Source of the DNA: Octopus vulgaris
Taxonomy: Eukaryota
NCBI GenBank assembly: GCA_951406725.2
Contig: OX597822.1
Coordinates: 16,120,001-16,184,000 of the forward strand
Direction: 5' to 3'
DNA length: 64,000 bases
Part shown: positions 26,690 through 40,632 of the stretch, in pieces
How positions within the stretch are numbered: the stretch's first letter is position 1
Layout: every line of letters begins with the position of its first letter
The notes under the pieces: generated by a model
Databases searched by the model: none
Told to the model about the DNA's origin: nothing
The model's input: only the letters and a program-made list of their open reading frames with translations
Made by a program: the position numbers and the translations under genes

Positions 26690-26919
26690 CTTTTACATGT
26701 TTCAGTCATAACACTGCACCCAAGCTGGAGCACCGCCTTGACGAATTTTTAGTTGAATGAATCGACCCATGTAGGTTTTCGTTTTAAAACCAGGTATTTA
26801 TTTTTTCGGTCTCTTTTGCCGAAGTGCTAAGTTACGGGGACACACCGATACCAATTGTCAAAGCAGTGATGGGAGACAAAGAGAGAGACAAAAACTCACG
26901 TGTTTGTATACACGCGCGA

Positions 26920-26992
<73 letters not shown>

Positions 26993-27385
26993 TACATACA
27001 TATATGACAACCGTCTTCCAGTTTTCGGCTGACAAATCAACTGACAACGCTTTAGTTGACTTGAGACTAAAGTAATCCCTCGCCATATCACGCTTTCCCT
27101 ATCATGGTTTATTATTTAATCTTACGTCGATCCCTCCGTTGTGTTATTTTGTATTTATGTTAAAACAGATATATACAAATAATAAAAATAACTTTAAAAA
27201 AATATACAGTACTATTTCTACTTCGCGGATTCCCACCTATCACGGGGTTTTTTGTAACGTAACAGCCGCGATAGTCGAGGGTTACTGTATAGCAGAGGAC
27301 ACTTGCCCAAGGTGTCACATTGGGTCTGAACCCGAGACCATGTGGCTGGGGATCAACCTTTTTACCACACTGCCACTCCTGCTCA
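26690..27385 (-). mobile_element. SINE family A interrupted by a MITE
   Basis: The family A consensus is split at GAGGCTA|TAG. Confidence 0.75.
27070..27287. mobile_element. Tc1/mariner-pogo (Tigger-like) MITE
   Basis: TIRs (C/A)AGTAATCCCTCG / CGAGGGTTACTG; TA duplication at 27068-69 and 27288-89; same TIR at ~18457. Confidence 0.75.
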
Positions 27386-27597
27386 TCTATATCTATTATA
27401 TGTCTATGTGTATATATCACGCGCACACGTCTGCGCACGATTCTGCAGCTTTGTTTACATAAGTGAGATGCTGTGTCAATCAATGCAGGCTCACACGAAA
27501 ACTGCCCAATCATCTCGTTTCTCTCCTCCCGAATGCTACCCGTGACATGGCTGTGCCATCTCAAGGTCTGTCCACAATACTCATTCATCTAACAATC

Positions 27598-27607
27598 GTA
27601 GTAGTAA

Positions 27608-27657
<50 letters not shown>

Positions 27658-27669
27658 AGATGGTGATGC

Positions 27670-27710
<41 letters not shown>

Positions 27711-28190
27711 ATGATGACGACGGCATACAATAGCAACGCCAAGGATAAATTATATGAAAAAGGGTGAAGAAGAAGAGGGGGAGGTAGAAAAAAGGGTGGA
27801 GGAAGGAGCTGACTTAGAAGAGGGGTGACGATAGGAAGTGGGGAGGATAATAGGAGAGTGCGGAAAAAAGAAGAATAGCAGGAAATAGAGAACAAAGTGG
27901 AGGAGGAAGGAGAAAATGAGTGAAGAGAAAGAAGAGGTAAAGAGAGAATATGAATAGGCGACGGAAGAGGAGGAGTAGATGAAGAAGGAGGAGGAGAAGA
28001 AGAAGAAGGAGGGGGAGAAGCAGAAGTAGAAGAAGAAGAACAAGAATAAGAAGAAGACGAAGAAGAAAAACAAGAAGAACAAGAAAAACAAGAACAACAA
28101 CAACAAGAAGAACAACAAGAAGAACAAGAAGAAGAACAAGAAGAATTGAAGAAATTGAAGAAATTGAAGTGGAGGAGAACGAAAAGGAGG
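27598..28190. repeat. Compound (TAG)/(TGC)/(TGA) and purine-rich (GAA/GAG/CAA) low-complexity tract
   Basis: Read directly from the sequence. Confidence 0.9.
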
Positions 28191-28560
28191 AGGCTTGTAT
28201 TGGTAAGTAGTCGATGTATTTGGTTTTTCGTGTGTCTGCTTCGGTATTTGCGTTTTGATTCATGGCTATTGAGCGTCTGTGTATTTCTTCACCGAATTAC
28301 CGAAGACTCTGCGTTGTGATTAGCACTAATCCAGTTTGTGTATCATTGATCAAAGACAGAATTACGTTCCGTGACTTTAAGGATTTTGCTCTCGCAGCAT
28401 CAGTTTATCTTAAATCACGCATTTTCAAAGCCAAACATTCGCTTCGAAAGCAATTTTGAGATTGTAAAGTATTTGTAAAATGTCTCAATTGAAAAATAAA
28501 ACGTAACGAAAAATAAGAAAACAAAAAAAGCAACAGTAATTTCTACCAATCTGTACAATG

Positions 28561-28579
28561 CAGCAGCAGCAATAACAGA

Positions 28580-28665
<86 letters not shown>

Positions 28666-29030
28666 TGGTGGTGGTGGTGGTGGTGGTGGTGGCTGTAGGG
28701 GTGGTGGTCAGTGGTGATGGCGGTGGTAGTAGTAATAATAGAGGTAGTGGTTGTGGCGGTGGTAGTGGTAATAATAGAGGTAGTGGTTGTGGTGGTGGTG
28801 GTGCTGGTGGTGGTGGTGGTGGCAGTAGGGGTGGTAGTCAGTGGTGATGGCGGTGGTAGTGGTAAAAATAGAGGTAGTGGTTGTGGTGATGGTGGTGGTC
28901 GGTAGTGGTGGTGTGGTGGTCGGTGGCAGTCGTGGTGGTCGGTGGTGATGGTCAGTGGCGATGGCGGTGGTAGTGGTAATAATAGAGGTGTTGGTGGTGG
29001 TGGTGGTGGTGATGGTAGCAGCACCAGCAG
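28561..29030. repeat. (CAG)-(TAG)-(TGG) compound microsatellite with ~33-bp higher-order units
   Basis: The unit GGCGGTGGTAGTGGTAATAATAGAGGTAGTGGT recurs about four times. Confidence 0.85.
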
Positions 29031-30526
29031 CATTGTCTTATTTCTCCAGGGAGATTCGCTCTCCGCATCACTCGCCCAACTGATGATCTTCTCATTTTCC
29101 CGTACGCACATCTCTTACATTCAGCGATTTTCCTACGAAATAATCAAATCGGAATATATCTGAGATTTCCCTTTGTTCTATTTCGGAATCGTAATAAGGC
29201 ATTTGCCAATTCCACGTCTAGAACACTGGAACAGCTAAATGAGAATCTATTCTCAATTGTTCAAGTAACACGCATACAAGGAATTCGTGTCATGATATCA
29301 GCGTTTGTCAGCTTGTAACATTTTATTTGACATTACTGAAATATATACGATGTCTCTTGAACACAACTACCTTCCCCATGGTAAAAAGCGGTAAAATGGC
29401 GTTAATAATATTGTATGAGCTGCCTAAGAATCAAAGCATAAAACGTCTATTTAGCTGATTAGTATTATTCAATTTAATTTTGACGTGATTACGCAAACAA
29501 ATGAACGCTCCTGATTATATATTTGAACTCAATGATTACATATGCTGTATTTGATTGATAAATCAATGTTTTATTCCAGCCGTTATTAATCCTTATATGT
29601 CTAAATTTCCCATGTGGTTAACCCTAGCAAGCAGAATGAGGGTCGAGGTAAGATTAACTTCACTTATGTCCACAACCGGTTGTTTCCAACATGATATCGA
29701 ATCAATGTCAAACCGAAATGTAATAATCTTAGCAATTATTCTTTGAATGATCAATGTGATTTTTATTAGAAATATTAATTAGAATGTCTACCAAGCTGCG
29801 TAGCGAAACTTATAACAGGAACTTATATGGAACGTTTCACATGGATTATTTCACTTTCATGAAATACAAATGTGATATATTCTATGGCAATGGACGGAGA
29901 GAAAAACAGCGTCAGATCAGGATCGAAATCTCGTCGTAGTTATCGAGATCTTTTCTCCAGATTCGTTACTGCAACATTGATAAGTAGCAGGAATAGGAAA
30001 AATTGATAATGCATACATTTATTGATTTCCATAAAATTGTTTCATGACGTTAAATATTTCAATTGTCTTCGATGTCCATTCGTAATTATTAAGCTTGTTA
30101 AAATGGCAGATGTCGGGGCAGATGTCGTGGCAGTAACAACAACAACAACAACAACAACAGCAACAGCAATCTCGTTGTCTTCTAACGGAGACACAACAGC
30201 AATAGATTATATCTGAATAAAACTTTCATTAACTCTATCACAATTTTTAATTCATACGATATGTTATTAGGCCTGTAAATATGAAAAGTAACTGGGGTGT
30301 ATTGCAGTATCAATATAAGGATAAGGCATTCGTGATAAGGAACAGATTAATATAGGCTACCAGATGAACCCCAGCACTTGACTGATCTTATATTTCCGAT
30401 ATCGCAAACAAAAGGAAGAGCACATGTCGGTAGGATTTGGATGCAGAACCTGATGGAATTGAACTAAAACAAAACATTTTGCACAATGCTCCAGCGATTC
30501 AACTCACCCGCTTCCCAGAGATTATA

Positions 30527-30550
30527 GATATAATAATAGTAATAATAATA

Positions 30551-30602
<52 letters not shown>

Positions 30603-30694
30603 ATAATAATAATGATAATAATAATAATAATAATAGTAATAATAATAATAATAACAATAATAATAATAGTAATAATAATAATAATAATAATAAT

Positions 30695-30725
<31 letters not shown>

Positions 30726-30809
30726 GTAATAATAATAATAATAGTAATAATAATAATAATAGTAGTAATAATAATAATAATAATAATGATAATAATAATA
30801 ATAATAATA

Positions 30810-30860
<51 letters not shown>

Positions 30861-30905
30861 GTAATAATAATAATAATAGTAGTAATAATAATAATAATAA
30901 TAATA

Positions 30906-30962
<57 letters not shown>

Positions 30963-31132
30963 GTAATAATAATAATAATAATAATTTGATGATGATAATA
31001 CTAATAATGATAATAATAATAATAATAGTAATAATAATAATAATAATAATAATGATAATAATAATGATAATAATAATAATAATGATAATAATAGTAATAA
31101 TAATAATGATAATAATAATAATAATGATAATA

Positions 31133-31206
<74 letters not shown>

Positions 31207-31222
31207 TATAATAATAATAGTA

Positions 31223-31262
<40 letters not shown>

Positions 31263-31267
31263 TAATA

Positions 31268-31310
<43 letters not shown>

Positions 31311-31323
31311 TAATAATGATAAT
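30527..31323. repeat. ~800-bp imperfect (AAT)n array
   Basis: Read directly; produces the poly-N/I/L artefact ORFs. Confidence 0.95.
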
Positions 31324-32445
31324 TGTTGACAATGCATAGAATGCACCACCATGAGGCAGATGTACAACGACTTTACCAGCCAAGAAAAGTGGGGGGCCGT
31401 GGACTTTTACAGCTGGAATTAACAATGAAGTTTGGCACAATTGACCTAAACACCTACCTGGAAAACTCAGATGACCAGATTTTGAAACTTGTCTTAAAGC
31501 ATGAAAACAAGAAAACATTCAGTAACAAAACAGGCAAAGGAATATCTGCGTGGATTCCAAATACAACAAACCCCAGAAGTTGATGTACTAGAGACAAGTA
31601 CAGTAAAAGTTAAGCGTATGAAAACCCGTGCTAAAACTTGGATATTCTTACTGATAAATGGCAAGAAAAATCTCTCAATAGCAAATACCCCAAGAGAGCT
31701 AATAGTGCCGACGTTGACAAAGCCCTTACTCATCAATGGTTAGTGACTTTTAACTTAAAATCAGAAACAGAAAGGTTTTCATAGCAGCCCAAGACCAATG
31801 CCTACCTACAAGGAGCTACCAGGCCAACATATTATAGAACAGCAGTAGCCCAACATGTTGTGTGTGTAAACAACAAAATGAATCCATTGATCATAATGTC
31901 TCCATGTGCAGCCTCCGTTCATACTGACAGAAAGATAGATGCGAATAGACCAGATATTATATTGAAAGACTTTAGATAAAAATCATGCCTCGTCATTGAT
32001 ATGTCTGTTCCAATCGATATAAACGTATCTGTCAAGACCTACCAAAAACTGAGCAAGTATAAAGATCTTGAAATAAAAATTGGCAACATGTGGCACCTGA
32101 AAAATATAACAGTACCTGTTGTCATAGGTGCCCTAGGAATGATAGAAAAGGGAATGATTGCTACCTCGCACACCTACCTGGAAATCCAAAAGTGGCAGTA
32201 ATTCAAAAGATAGCGCACATGGGAATGCCCATATCTACGTAAAATACTGTCTACGTAATCTCAAATTTTAAAACAAGCTCATTACGTTCTTATATTTTCT
32301 TAAACACTCTCTAGAACAATACTATGTACAAAACCAAATATATTGCACCCTAGGCATAACACCAACATAAACTTCTAATTTGTTGTCTCTTGAGGTTTCT
32401 GGATGAGACCTGGAGCCAATCTGTACAAATAAAAAGAAGTCAATC
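31324..32445 (+). mobile_element. R4/Dong-clade RLE LINE fragment, decayed
   Basis: RLYQPRKVGGRGL, KSETE..AAQDQ, degenerate CCHC, TDRKIDANRPDII, IDMSVP, KLSKYKDLEI, VPVVIGALG; (AAT)n on the 5' side and (GAA)n on the 3' side. Confidence 0.9.
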
Positions 32446-33355
32446 ATAGAAGAAGATGAAGAAGAAGAAGGAGATGAAGAAGAAGAAGGAGAAGAAGAAG
32501 AAGAAGAAGAAGAAGAAGAAGAAGAAGAAGAAGAAGAAGAAGAAGAAGAAGAAGAACAACAACAACAACAACAACAACAACAAGAAGAAAACATCGTTTC
32601 CCTTCGAATCTTAAACTAACCACAGCTAAAGAAATTAACTCAGCTGGTTTCGAACCACGCTCGGAAAAGAATTTCGTAAAAAAAATTATAATGGAGTATC
32701 CCATATGTTGAAAACCTATACGGTCTTATGCGTTCGAGGAAGGCGGAGATTCCAAATTGATGTAATGCTTGCATTGATCGAATAAATGAGGCTGCTTAAA
32801 TGCACTAACACCTGGACATCCTTGTTATTATTAAATGTATTAAATGCACTAACACCTGGACATCCTTGTTATTATTTGCTTCTTTTTCACATTACTTCGA
32901 GCCGTGCGGACAATACTGAATTGGTGCCTCAACTTAAGTACCTAATTCAACTGACTCTTAATTATTTCTTATGATGTATATACAATGGGCTTCTTTCAGA
33001 TTCCGACAACTAAATTTATGCACAAAGCTTTGATCGGCCCGAACCGATTTGTTGAAGACATAACTCAGGGTACCACACTGTGGGACTAAACTCGGAGTTA
33101 TATGGTGTTAGGAAGTAAACCTCTTTCCAAATAGCTTCGCCTGAAATAAATAATAACATCCGAAGACTCAAGTCACACTGGTCTGTACGTGTTACATCAA
33201 AGAAACCAAGCATTAAAAGAAAACAAGAGACTGTAGTTAGTTTCCCTTTTCTTTTTCCTCTAAACAAATAAACCTATAATCATTGTCGTTCCAGCTGTGC
33301 CACACCTGTTGGTTTTTACTGGGGGTTATCAAAGCTATAATTCTTAATATCTTAC

Positions 33356-33621
33356 CTTGTTTTAGGTCGCTGGAGTTGAAGCGTAAGGTTTGGTTACTAT
33401 TTCTAGGTGAACGATCGCTCACTTTTTGCATCTAATCTGATAAACTCGTGATTTTCCTTTCCTTGTCGTCGTGCTAAACTTCTGCATTCTCAGTAATTCA
33501 GAAAACTGAATGATTTAGCTAAAGTTTTACTTTCTCCCATTTGGTCCGCTATATCTAAGAATGACAGATTGTTTTTCAACAGCTCATTCATCATATTACT
33601 TGACATAATTACATATGTTTG
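33356..33621 (-). pseudogene. GREB1-like exon with TGA (33490-33492) and frameshift
   Basis: CTTTTTCTTTCAG acceptor and AAG|GTAAGA donor; QTYVIMSSNMMNELLKNNLSFL...NY*ECRSLARR..HEFIR. Confidence 0.6.
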
Positions 33622-33954
33622 CTGAAAGAAAAAGTTTTCATGTAAATAAAACAAGAGATTGCATTAAATCTATGATTCAAGGAAGAACAGGATAAACAAT
33701 TTGCACTTCAATTTTATCATTTCCATTTTCGCTGGATGCTTCCATGTTTCTTTAATAAAGATCAAATAAGAAACGATACAGCAGTAGTAGGACAAGACCG
33801 AGAATGTTCTCTCATCAATCACTTTACAATTTCAAGTGTAAAGTATACCATATCTATATAAGTACAATAACTGCCATAGTAGGCAGCTAAATAGCTATTA
33901 AGATAATTAGTCAAAGAATATCATTCTATAACGACCGTAAGCATAGAAGTCTGA

Positions 33955-34275
33955 TTAAGTAGTTTGCTCCCATTTGGTTTCCGGTTCATTCCTGCCGCGC
34001 GTCTACTTCCACAGCAGCTCCTGGGCTGACCAAGTAAATTTGGTAGACATACAAATGTGTGGAAGCCAGTCGTGTGTGTGTATGTGTTTGTGTTTGTTCT
34101 ACACTGCTCGACAACCAGAGTCGATATGTTTATGTCCCAGTAATTCAGAAGTTCGTCAAAAGAGAATGATAGAATAAGTACCTGACATAAATTAATGACT
34201 AAGATCACTTTGCTCAATTAACTCTATGAAGCGATGTTTAATTATGGTCGTAGTCCAATGACTACAGCAAGTAAA
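33955..34275 (+). mobile_element. SINE family A, degenerate
   Basis: Patchy similarity to the family A core and tail. Confidence 0.5.
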
Positions 34276-36575
34276 CCAGTTTCAAGCGAGTATGGCATGT
34301 TTGCGATTTTAATACTTGTTTTCGGTGCCAATGAAGTCATTAGAAGACATAGAGGCACTATATAAGGAATTACTAAAAACAAAAAGTTTTCTGAAGTCAA
34401 TGTTTGTATTACTCGAAAAAATTTGGTAAATCTTTCCATTCTATTAACTCGGAGGGAAGTAAAGGCGACTTGTGTAGAACGATATTGCATAAATTATTTA
34501 TTCCAGTTCTCTATGTTTCGTGTTCAAAACTAATCGAGGTCAAATTTACCATCTGTCTTTTCGGTGTTCATAAAATATATACACATTTCAGGTATGCGAT
34601 TCGGCATCAGAATAGACGCCTGACAGCAACAGTGAAAAAGAAACAGCCTAAGGGAGAGAGTTTTTACTGTGTCGCTTTCAAGTGATAAGCACAAGGTGGT
34701 TTTATAAAATAGGAAGGTCATAGTTGTAACATCTCTTTCATCAGGAGGACTAAACAATAACAAGGCAAAATAAAATTTGAAAGAGAGGGATGTTCTCCTA
34801 ACACCCACTTGATCACTTATCCATAAAGTCATATTTAACAACTGATAAGATTATTCTTAACTTCATAATTATATCATTATGGTATATTTTGAGTTTAATG
34901 GCATAACTTTAGAGTTAACATTTATAATGTGGCTTATTTCCGAACTTTATATACGTACATAATTGTGTGTGAGTGTTTGTGAATGTGTGTGTGTGTGTGA
35001 GTGTGTGTGTGTTCATATATATTTTATATGGGAAAGATTATTCCATATTCTCTATTATATTAAAATGTTCCTGCATAATCTCTTTTTTAATTATTTTATA
35101 ATCTAATTATATATGAAAGTCTCTCACTACATTTAAGTTATCGGTAATTTTAGTAATAAAATTGATGCACAGTTACTAGCGTGAAGAATGAATGTCATTT
35201 GCTCACACTAAATTGGTAACGAAGTTTGGAATGTTAGTTTAACAATTTCCCATTAAGAACGAAAGCAATTATTAGTTTCTACCAAACGGAAAACGGGAAA
35301 CGTTTAAAAGCTCCTATCATTCAAAATTTGAAAAATAACAACAGAAACGTGCATGCAGTCAGTATCTACTTGTGTGTGTGTGTGTGTATCTGTTGGTGCG
35401 TGTATTGATCACATTGATGTCTACACACACACACACACACACACACATGTAAATATGCATAAATATGCATAAATATGCATACCATTGTCTATATCATAGT
35501 TTGTGTCTGTATTTTTGGCTGTATGTTCTAATTTCTACATAAATTGCTTATTTTACATCTGAAAGAGAGATACGCAAGTGCAAAGCATACACACAAGGCG
35601 CATGTACGTGCGTTTTATTTATGAAATCATTTCAATATACGTTTCTTATTCACACACATACATATACGCATGCGCTCATATACACGAAATAGAGAAAGTA
35701 AAGCGTATATATCTTTGCAGACGTTTATGCAGGCTTACATATACACGTGTGTGTGTGTCCGTGTATTTATAAGTGTCTGTGTGTATGCATGTGTATTTAT
35801 TCATATAGATACACACAGACAAACACATACACATATATACACACACACATATATATATGTGTGTGTGTGTGTATACACTAATTCTAATATGTGTGTATGT
35901 GTGTGTATACACATGCTTACATTAACAGCAGACACATGTAGGTGTATAAAAGCGTCTTTAATATATATTTCCTTAATTGCTTTAATAATGCATTTATTAT
36001 TGAAACAAACGTGGTGCAGTTAGTTCCGTATTCAGTTCCGTTCTTTTGAATTTTAAACCGGAAATATAATTTCAAAAAAGGAAATGTCGTGCAAAGATTC
36101 CTTATCAGGCGACAGAAATACGTATTAAATTGGGAAATTTTATTTCATCTGAATTGAATTTAGATTTCATCTATAATTTCATTGATAATAGAATATGTGC
36201 TGATTGTTTCAACAGTCTATTGTTGCGATATATGTTGGAGACAACGCTGCTGGTAATTCCATTGTATTCAATAGGTCGACTTTGCCAATTCATAGTCACA
36301 ATTTTTCTTTCAGAAATTGGTATCTATATTCTTCTTATAATAGTTATTGTTTTCAATTCAATAGCTGAAATTCACATTATCCAAGTTTCCATAACAGAAA
36401 TTTTAGATCCATTTAAAAAAAATTGTTTAAGATAATTTTCTGTAGTTTATTCTTTTTCTACGCTAGTTGCTTACGATATTTATTTTATCCTCAATTATGG
36501 TTGTTACTTGACTGTAATTCTCTTGAAGAATAAAATGTCAAACACCTAATTTCTATTACATTTCTTACCTTCCCA

Positions 36576-36644
<69 letters not shown>

Positions 36645-39608
36645 GTTTTTGTTAAATTAAATACGGAAAATATTTCATGCGATAACTACAAGTTGCATAT
36701 ACATGCGTATTGTGACGGTAATCTACCAAATATTTCAATATTACGATTACGAATTTTCTAAGTTAAATAATTAGAAAGCCACATGAAAAACATAGGAATT
36801 CGGATACGCGTAGGTGTATATTGCTTCGTTCAGAAAAGGAAAACATTCAACAGTAAGTTTAATAAGATCACCTTATTGTATAGCACAAAGTAGGAGGTGA
36901 GGCGGCAGAATTTTTTTCGTGGTGAGGAAATTTTTTTTTATGTTCTGAGTTCAAATTCCGTAACGTCATCTTACGCGGAGTTTCCATAACAAATAAGGAT
37001 CATCAGGTACATACTGTAATCTGTGTAATCCGATTGGATAAGAAATGGGCGTTGGGGGTCTGCTGCATTCAGGTTTAGGTGTTGTGTCTTCATACGCAGC
37101 AAAGCAGATTGCAAACGGAGAGCATTCTAGAAGGAACAAGTACTTCACCACCCCTCTTCTCTAAGTGCAACGATACAAGCATACCTTGCCAGGGGAAGAA
37201 TTGTCTCTTCCTGCATAAAGTCGAGGCCTTCAGAGTTGCTCCAATATCCAAATGGCTTATAACACTAATCGATACATTCTTATAACTATAACCGTTTCCT
37301 TTCTCGTGGGTGACGCAATCAGTTAATGAACAGAATATGAATCGATGTTTTTGAATTTCTTTTCTCTCTGCTGGCGCGAGGTAAGGTTTTCTTTTATTCA
37401 GCGGGACAAATAACATGGTTATAAAATGCGATGCCAAAATATAGGGGAAATCATGATTCTAAAATATTCTTAACTGTAATTCTAGTCGTTATCTAAGAAA
37501 TAAATTATTTCTACATCTCTTTACCACTAATCTAAAATGGAAATACAGTAACAGATTTCCTTTTTAGCTTTGTTATTGATTAGATCTGGCATAAGCCTAA
37601 CGAGCAATTAGGCACTGATTTTGAACAGAAATACATGTTCAACGTGCTTTCTCTTGAAATTGTCTTGTTATCATTTCCTTCTAATCTAGAAAAACAGTTT
37701 CTAGTGTTTGATAATCACTTCTTGTTAGAATTGTGTCAGTAATAGAACTATTGTCGGCTCACTTTGAAAAACGTCGAGATGAGTTTTTGTTAGTAACACA
37801 TATTTTCAGAATCCAAATTTACGCAACACACAACTTCCACTGTTCAATATATACAGTGAATATAAATTCATTTAAAAAATTGTGTTTGAAGAAAGGTAAT
37901 TACTCACTCGGTATGGAAGCCAAACAAGCTACATTTGCAGAAATAAAGGTCACTCATTGTACCATATATAAACTCTAATTTACGGAAGTGTATTGAAATT
38001 TTAGAGACCGAACATGTATAGTAGGCTCGTTTTACTGCGAGCATCATAGGACCAGCAGAACAGTCATTAAGACTTTTCATACTGATACATCTGAGACTGC
38101 ATTTCTATAATACGAACTTCCTGTCTTAAACTGAACTAAATTAAAAACGTCCATGTAAATGTCATCCTAATTTATTTTCCAAACATTGATTACAAACTGA
38201 CAAAGTTAAGTCACAAAATATTTCATTGTTTAAAAGCTTCATAGAAACGTAGGCGGTGTATTTCAACAGAAATATAGTAACAAAAGAACTAGCACCAGTG
38301 AGAACAGTAATAATATTTAATTATCTCTTTATGAATAAATGAATCCGGCTGCTTTGACCTAACTGCTTTGATCAGTTCGCTTTTCAAAATATACGAACCA
38401 GGAGTCCTGCAGTTGGTAGTCAGACAGACGTTTTAATGGGGTTCTTTTGTAACGTATTATACCATAGCATGTTGGACATGAAAGAATAAGAAATGCAGTT
38501 CTCAAAAGTCAATTAAAAAGCTACGAAAGGTAATGTAATTTTTTCCTTGACTGAAATACCATAGCCTCCGACCTATTTGTCTTTTGAAGAATAACTTCTG
38601 GTTTGAATTAATTTATTACACGCCGAATCCTAAGCCAAATCCCAAGTCATGTAATTTCGTTTATGTTTCCGTGCCGGATAATGCCATTGTGTATTTTATT
38701 TCAATTGACAAGACATTGTCTAATTCGCCTTACGTTTCCGTACAAATGTATTCATACAATCAATATTGCACATTCATCGATAAATAAACATCCGAATACA
38801 TGAGATGCTCAAAACATCGCTTAGCAAATATATTTGCAATGCATTTGTTTTAAATGAAAATATCATTTGACAAAATAAGTTAGTATTTCGAACTGTTTGT
38901 AAATCATAGCAAGAAATTCTGAAATATAATTTCAAAAATAGTGTACAAACACCTTAGCAATTATACAATGCAATATAAACTATAAAAAATCTAGTCTTTC
39001 GGGGAAATGTTAAAATGGATCGTTAAGAAATAAATCATAATATTTCCTTTTAGACAAATGTTTCTATCATTTATTTATACTGAATAATTTTAGACGTAAC
39101 TTTATGAGTCCATGCATTTATACATATATGTATAGACAGACTCACACATATTCGCAATGATTGTTTCTTCCTGATCGGGCGTTTGGTCGGCAGGACCAGT
39201 AAATTAATTATCTCGTCTGCACACAGCATGTAGTTACTGCCGAGACTGTTTCGTCTTTGAAACTAAACTAAATCTACTTAAATAATTCCTTACTTCAAAT
39301 TCAGTTTACATATTTTCCTCAAGCATTGTAGCTTCCCATACATTATAGTAGCCAATATTCTGACTGAGGCTTCCAATCCGATTTCATAAAACTCCAATCA
39401 TATATTATATGCACACACACACACACATATATATATATGCACGTCTATGTTTGTGTATGTATGTGTGTGTGGGTGTATGTGTGTGTATTTCTTTGTGTGC
39501 GTATATTTATATGTGCATGATTTTGTGCTGATGTGTGGGTGGAGCGATTACGTTTATGCAAATGTGGAATAGATTATATACAAGCGTTATTGACTTTCCC
39601 TTATTATA

Positions 39609-39898
39609 TACTGGCACTCCGTCGGTTGCGACAACGTTTATTCCAGTTGCAATGGAACAGCCTGCTCATTAAATTAAGAGGCATGTGGCTGAGTATTCCA
39701 CAGACACGCGTGCACTTAATTTAGTTGTCAAGGAAATTCAGCTTGACATACAAGGTGACAAGGCTGGCCCTTTTGAATTACAGGTACAGCGTAAATTAAA
39801 ATGTTTTCTTGCTGAAGGACACAAGGCACCGCCGAGAATCGAACGCGCAACCTTTCAATCGTAAGCCAAATACTTCAACCACTTAGCCATTCGCCTCC
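39609..39898 (-). mobile_element. tRNA-derived SINE family D
   Basis: Reverse-complement tRNA head (TGGCTAAGTGG, GTTCGATTC); tail shared with 43245-43420 and 49350-49625. Confidence 0.6.
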
Positions 39899-40299
39899 CT
39901 TTGTGATATATTGACTGAGTTAAAGAGATCTTAATTATCATGTCCACTTAATTTTGCAGCAATAGCATAGGGTAATTAACTTGGACGAATACAGCTAAAC
40001 CTGATCCTGCCTCTTAATATATATACGTTAATCGGATAATAAATAATCTGTTATGAATAACATTAATTATGAATGCTTACTTTTGGAGTTTGACTTATAA
40101 TTTTTGAAAAGAAAAAAACATTTGATCATTAATCATGAAGAGTCAGACTGTGTTCTTATCGATTAATGATTGTCTCTACAGTTACATATGTAATCGCTTC
40201 CTACACTCTCTTTGTTTCCATCCTCTTCTCTTCCCCTCCTCCAACTCCTCTTTGATATTCTATGTCATGATGCGGAATCTAGCTTTCATCTTTTATATT

Positions 40300-40512
40300 C
40301 TATCAAATTTAGTCATTGGACCATGGCCATGCTGGAGGACCGCATTAAAGACTTTAGCGGAACAAATCGACGCCATTACTTAATTATAAAACCTGGTATG
40401 TATTCTATCGGTCTGTGTTGCTAAGTTACGTGGAAGTAAACAAAGCAACACAAGTTATCAAATGGTAGGGGACAAACGCAAACACTCTCACGTGTGTGTA
40501 TGTGTGTGTGTG

Positions 40513-40569
<57 letters not shown>

Positions 40570-40632
40570 AATGGGTTTCAACTGAAGGCCATCAGTTGCA
40601 AATCGTACGTCTTAACCAATTAACCATGCCTA
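40300..40632 (-). mobile_element. SINE family A, degenerate
   Basis: Tail and head fragments around (GT)n. Confidence 0.55.

Noticed and set aside
28485-29111. 208-aa Pro/Thr/His/Tyr/Cys-rich ORF (mucin-like)
   Set aside because: Entirely explained by a compound trinucleotide repeat; no splice or homology support.
30437-31518. Long 125-300 aa poly-N/I/L ORFs
   Set aside because: Stop-free frames of an (AAT)n array; no protein features.
33490-33492. In-frame TGA as selenocysteine
   Set aside because: The same exon also needs a frameshift and other exons have TAA/TAG stops; decay is the simpler explanation.
36966-37437. 115-aa minus-strand ORF in unique-looking DNA
   Set aside because: No recognisable motif or convincing splice pair, and it does not fit the GREB1 order; possibly an old TE relic.
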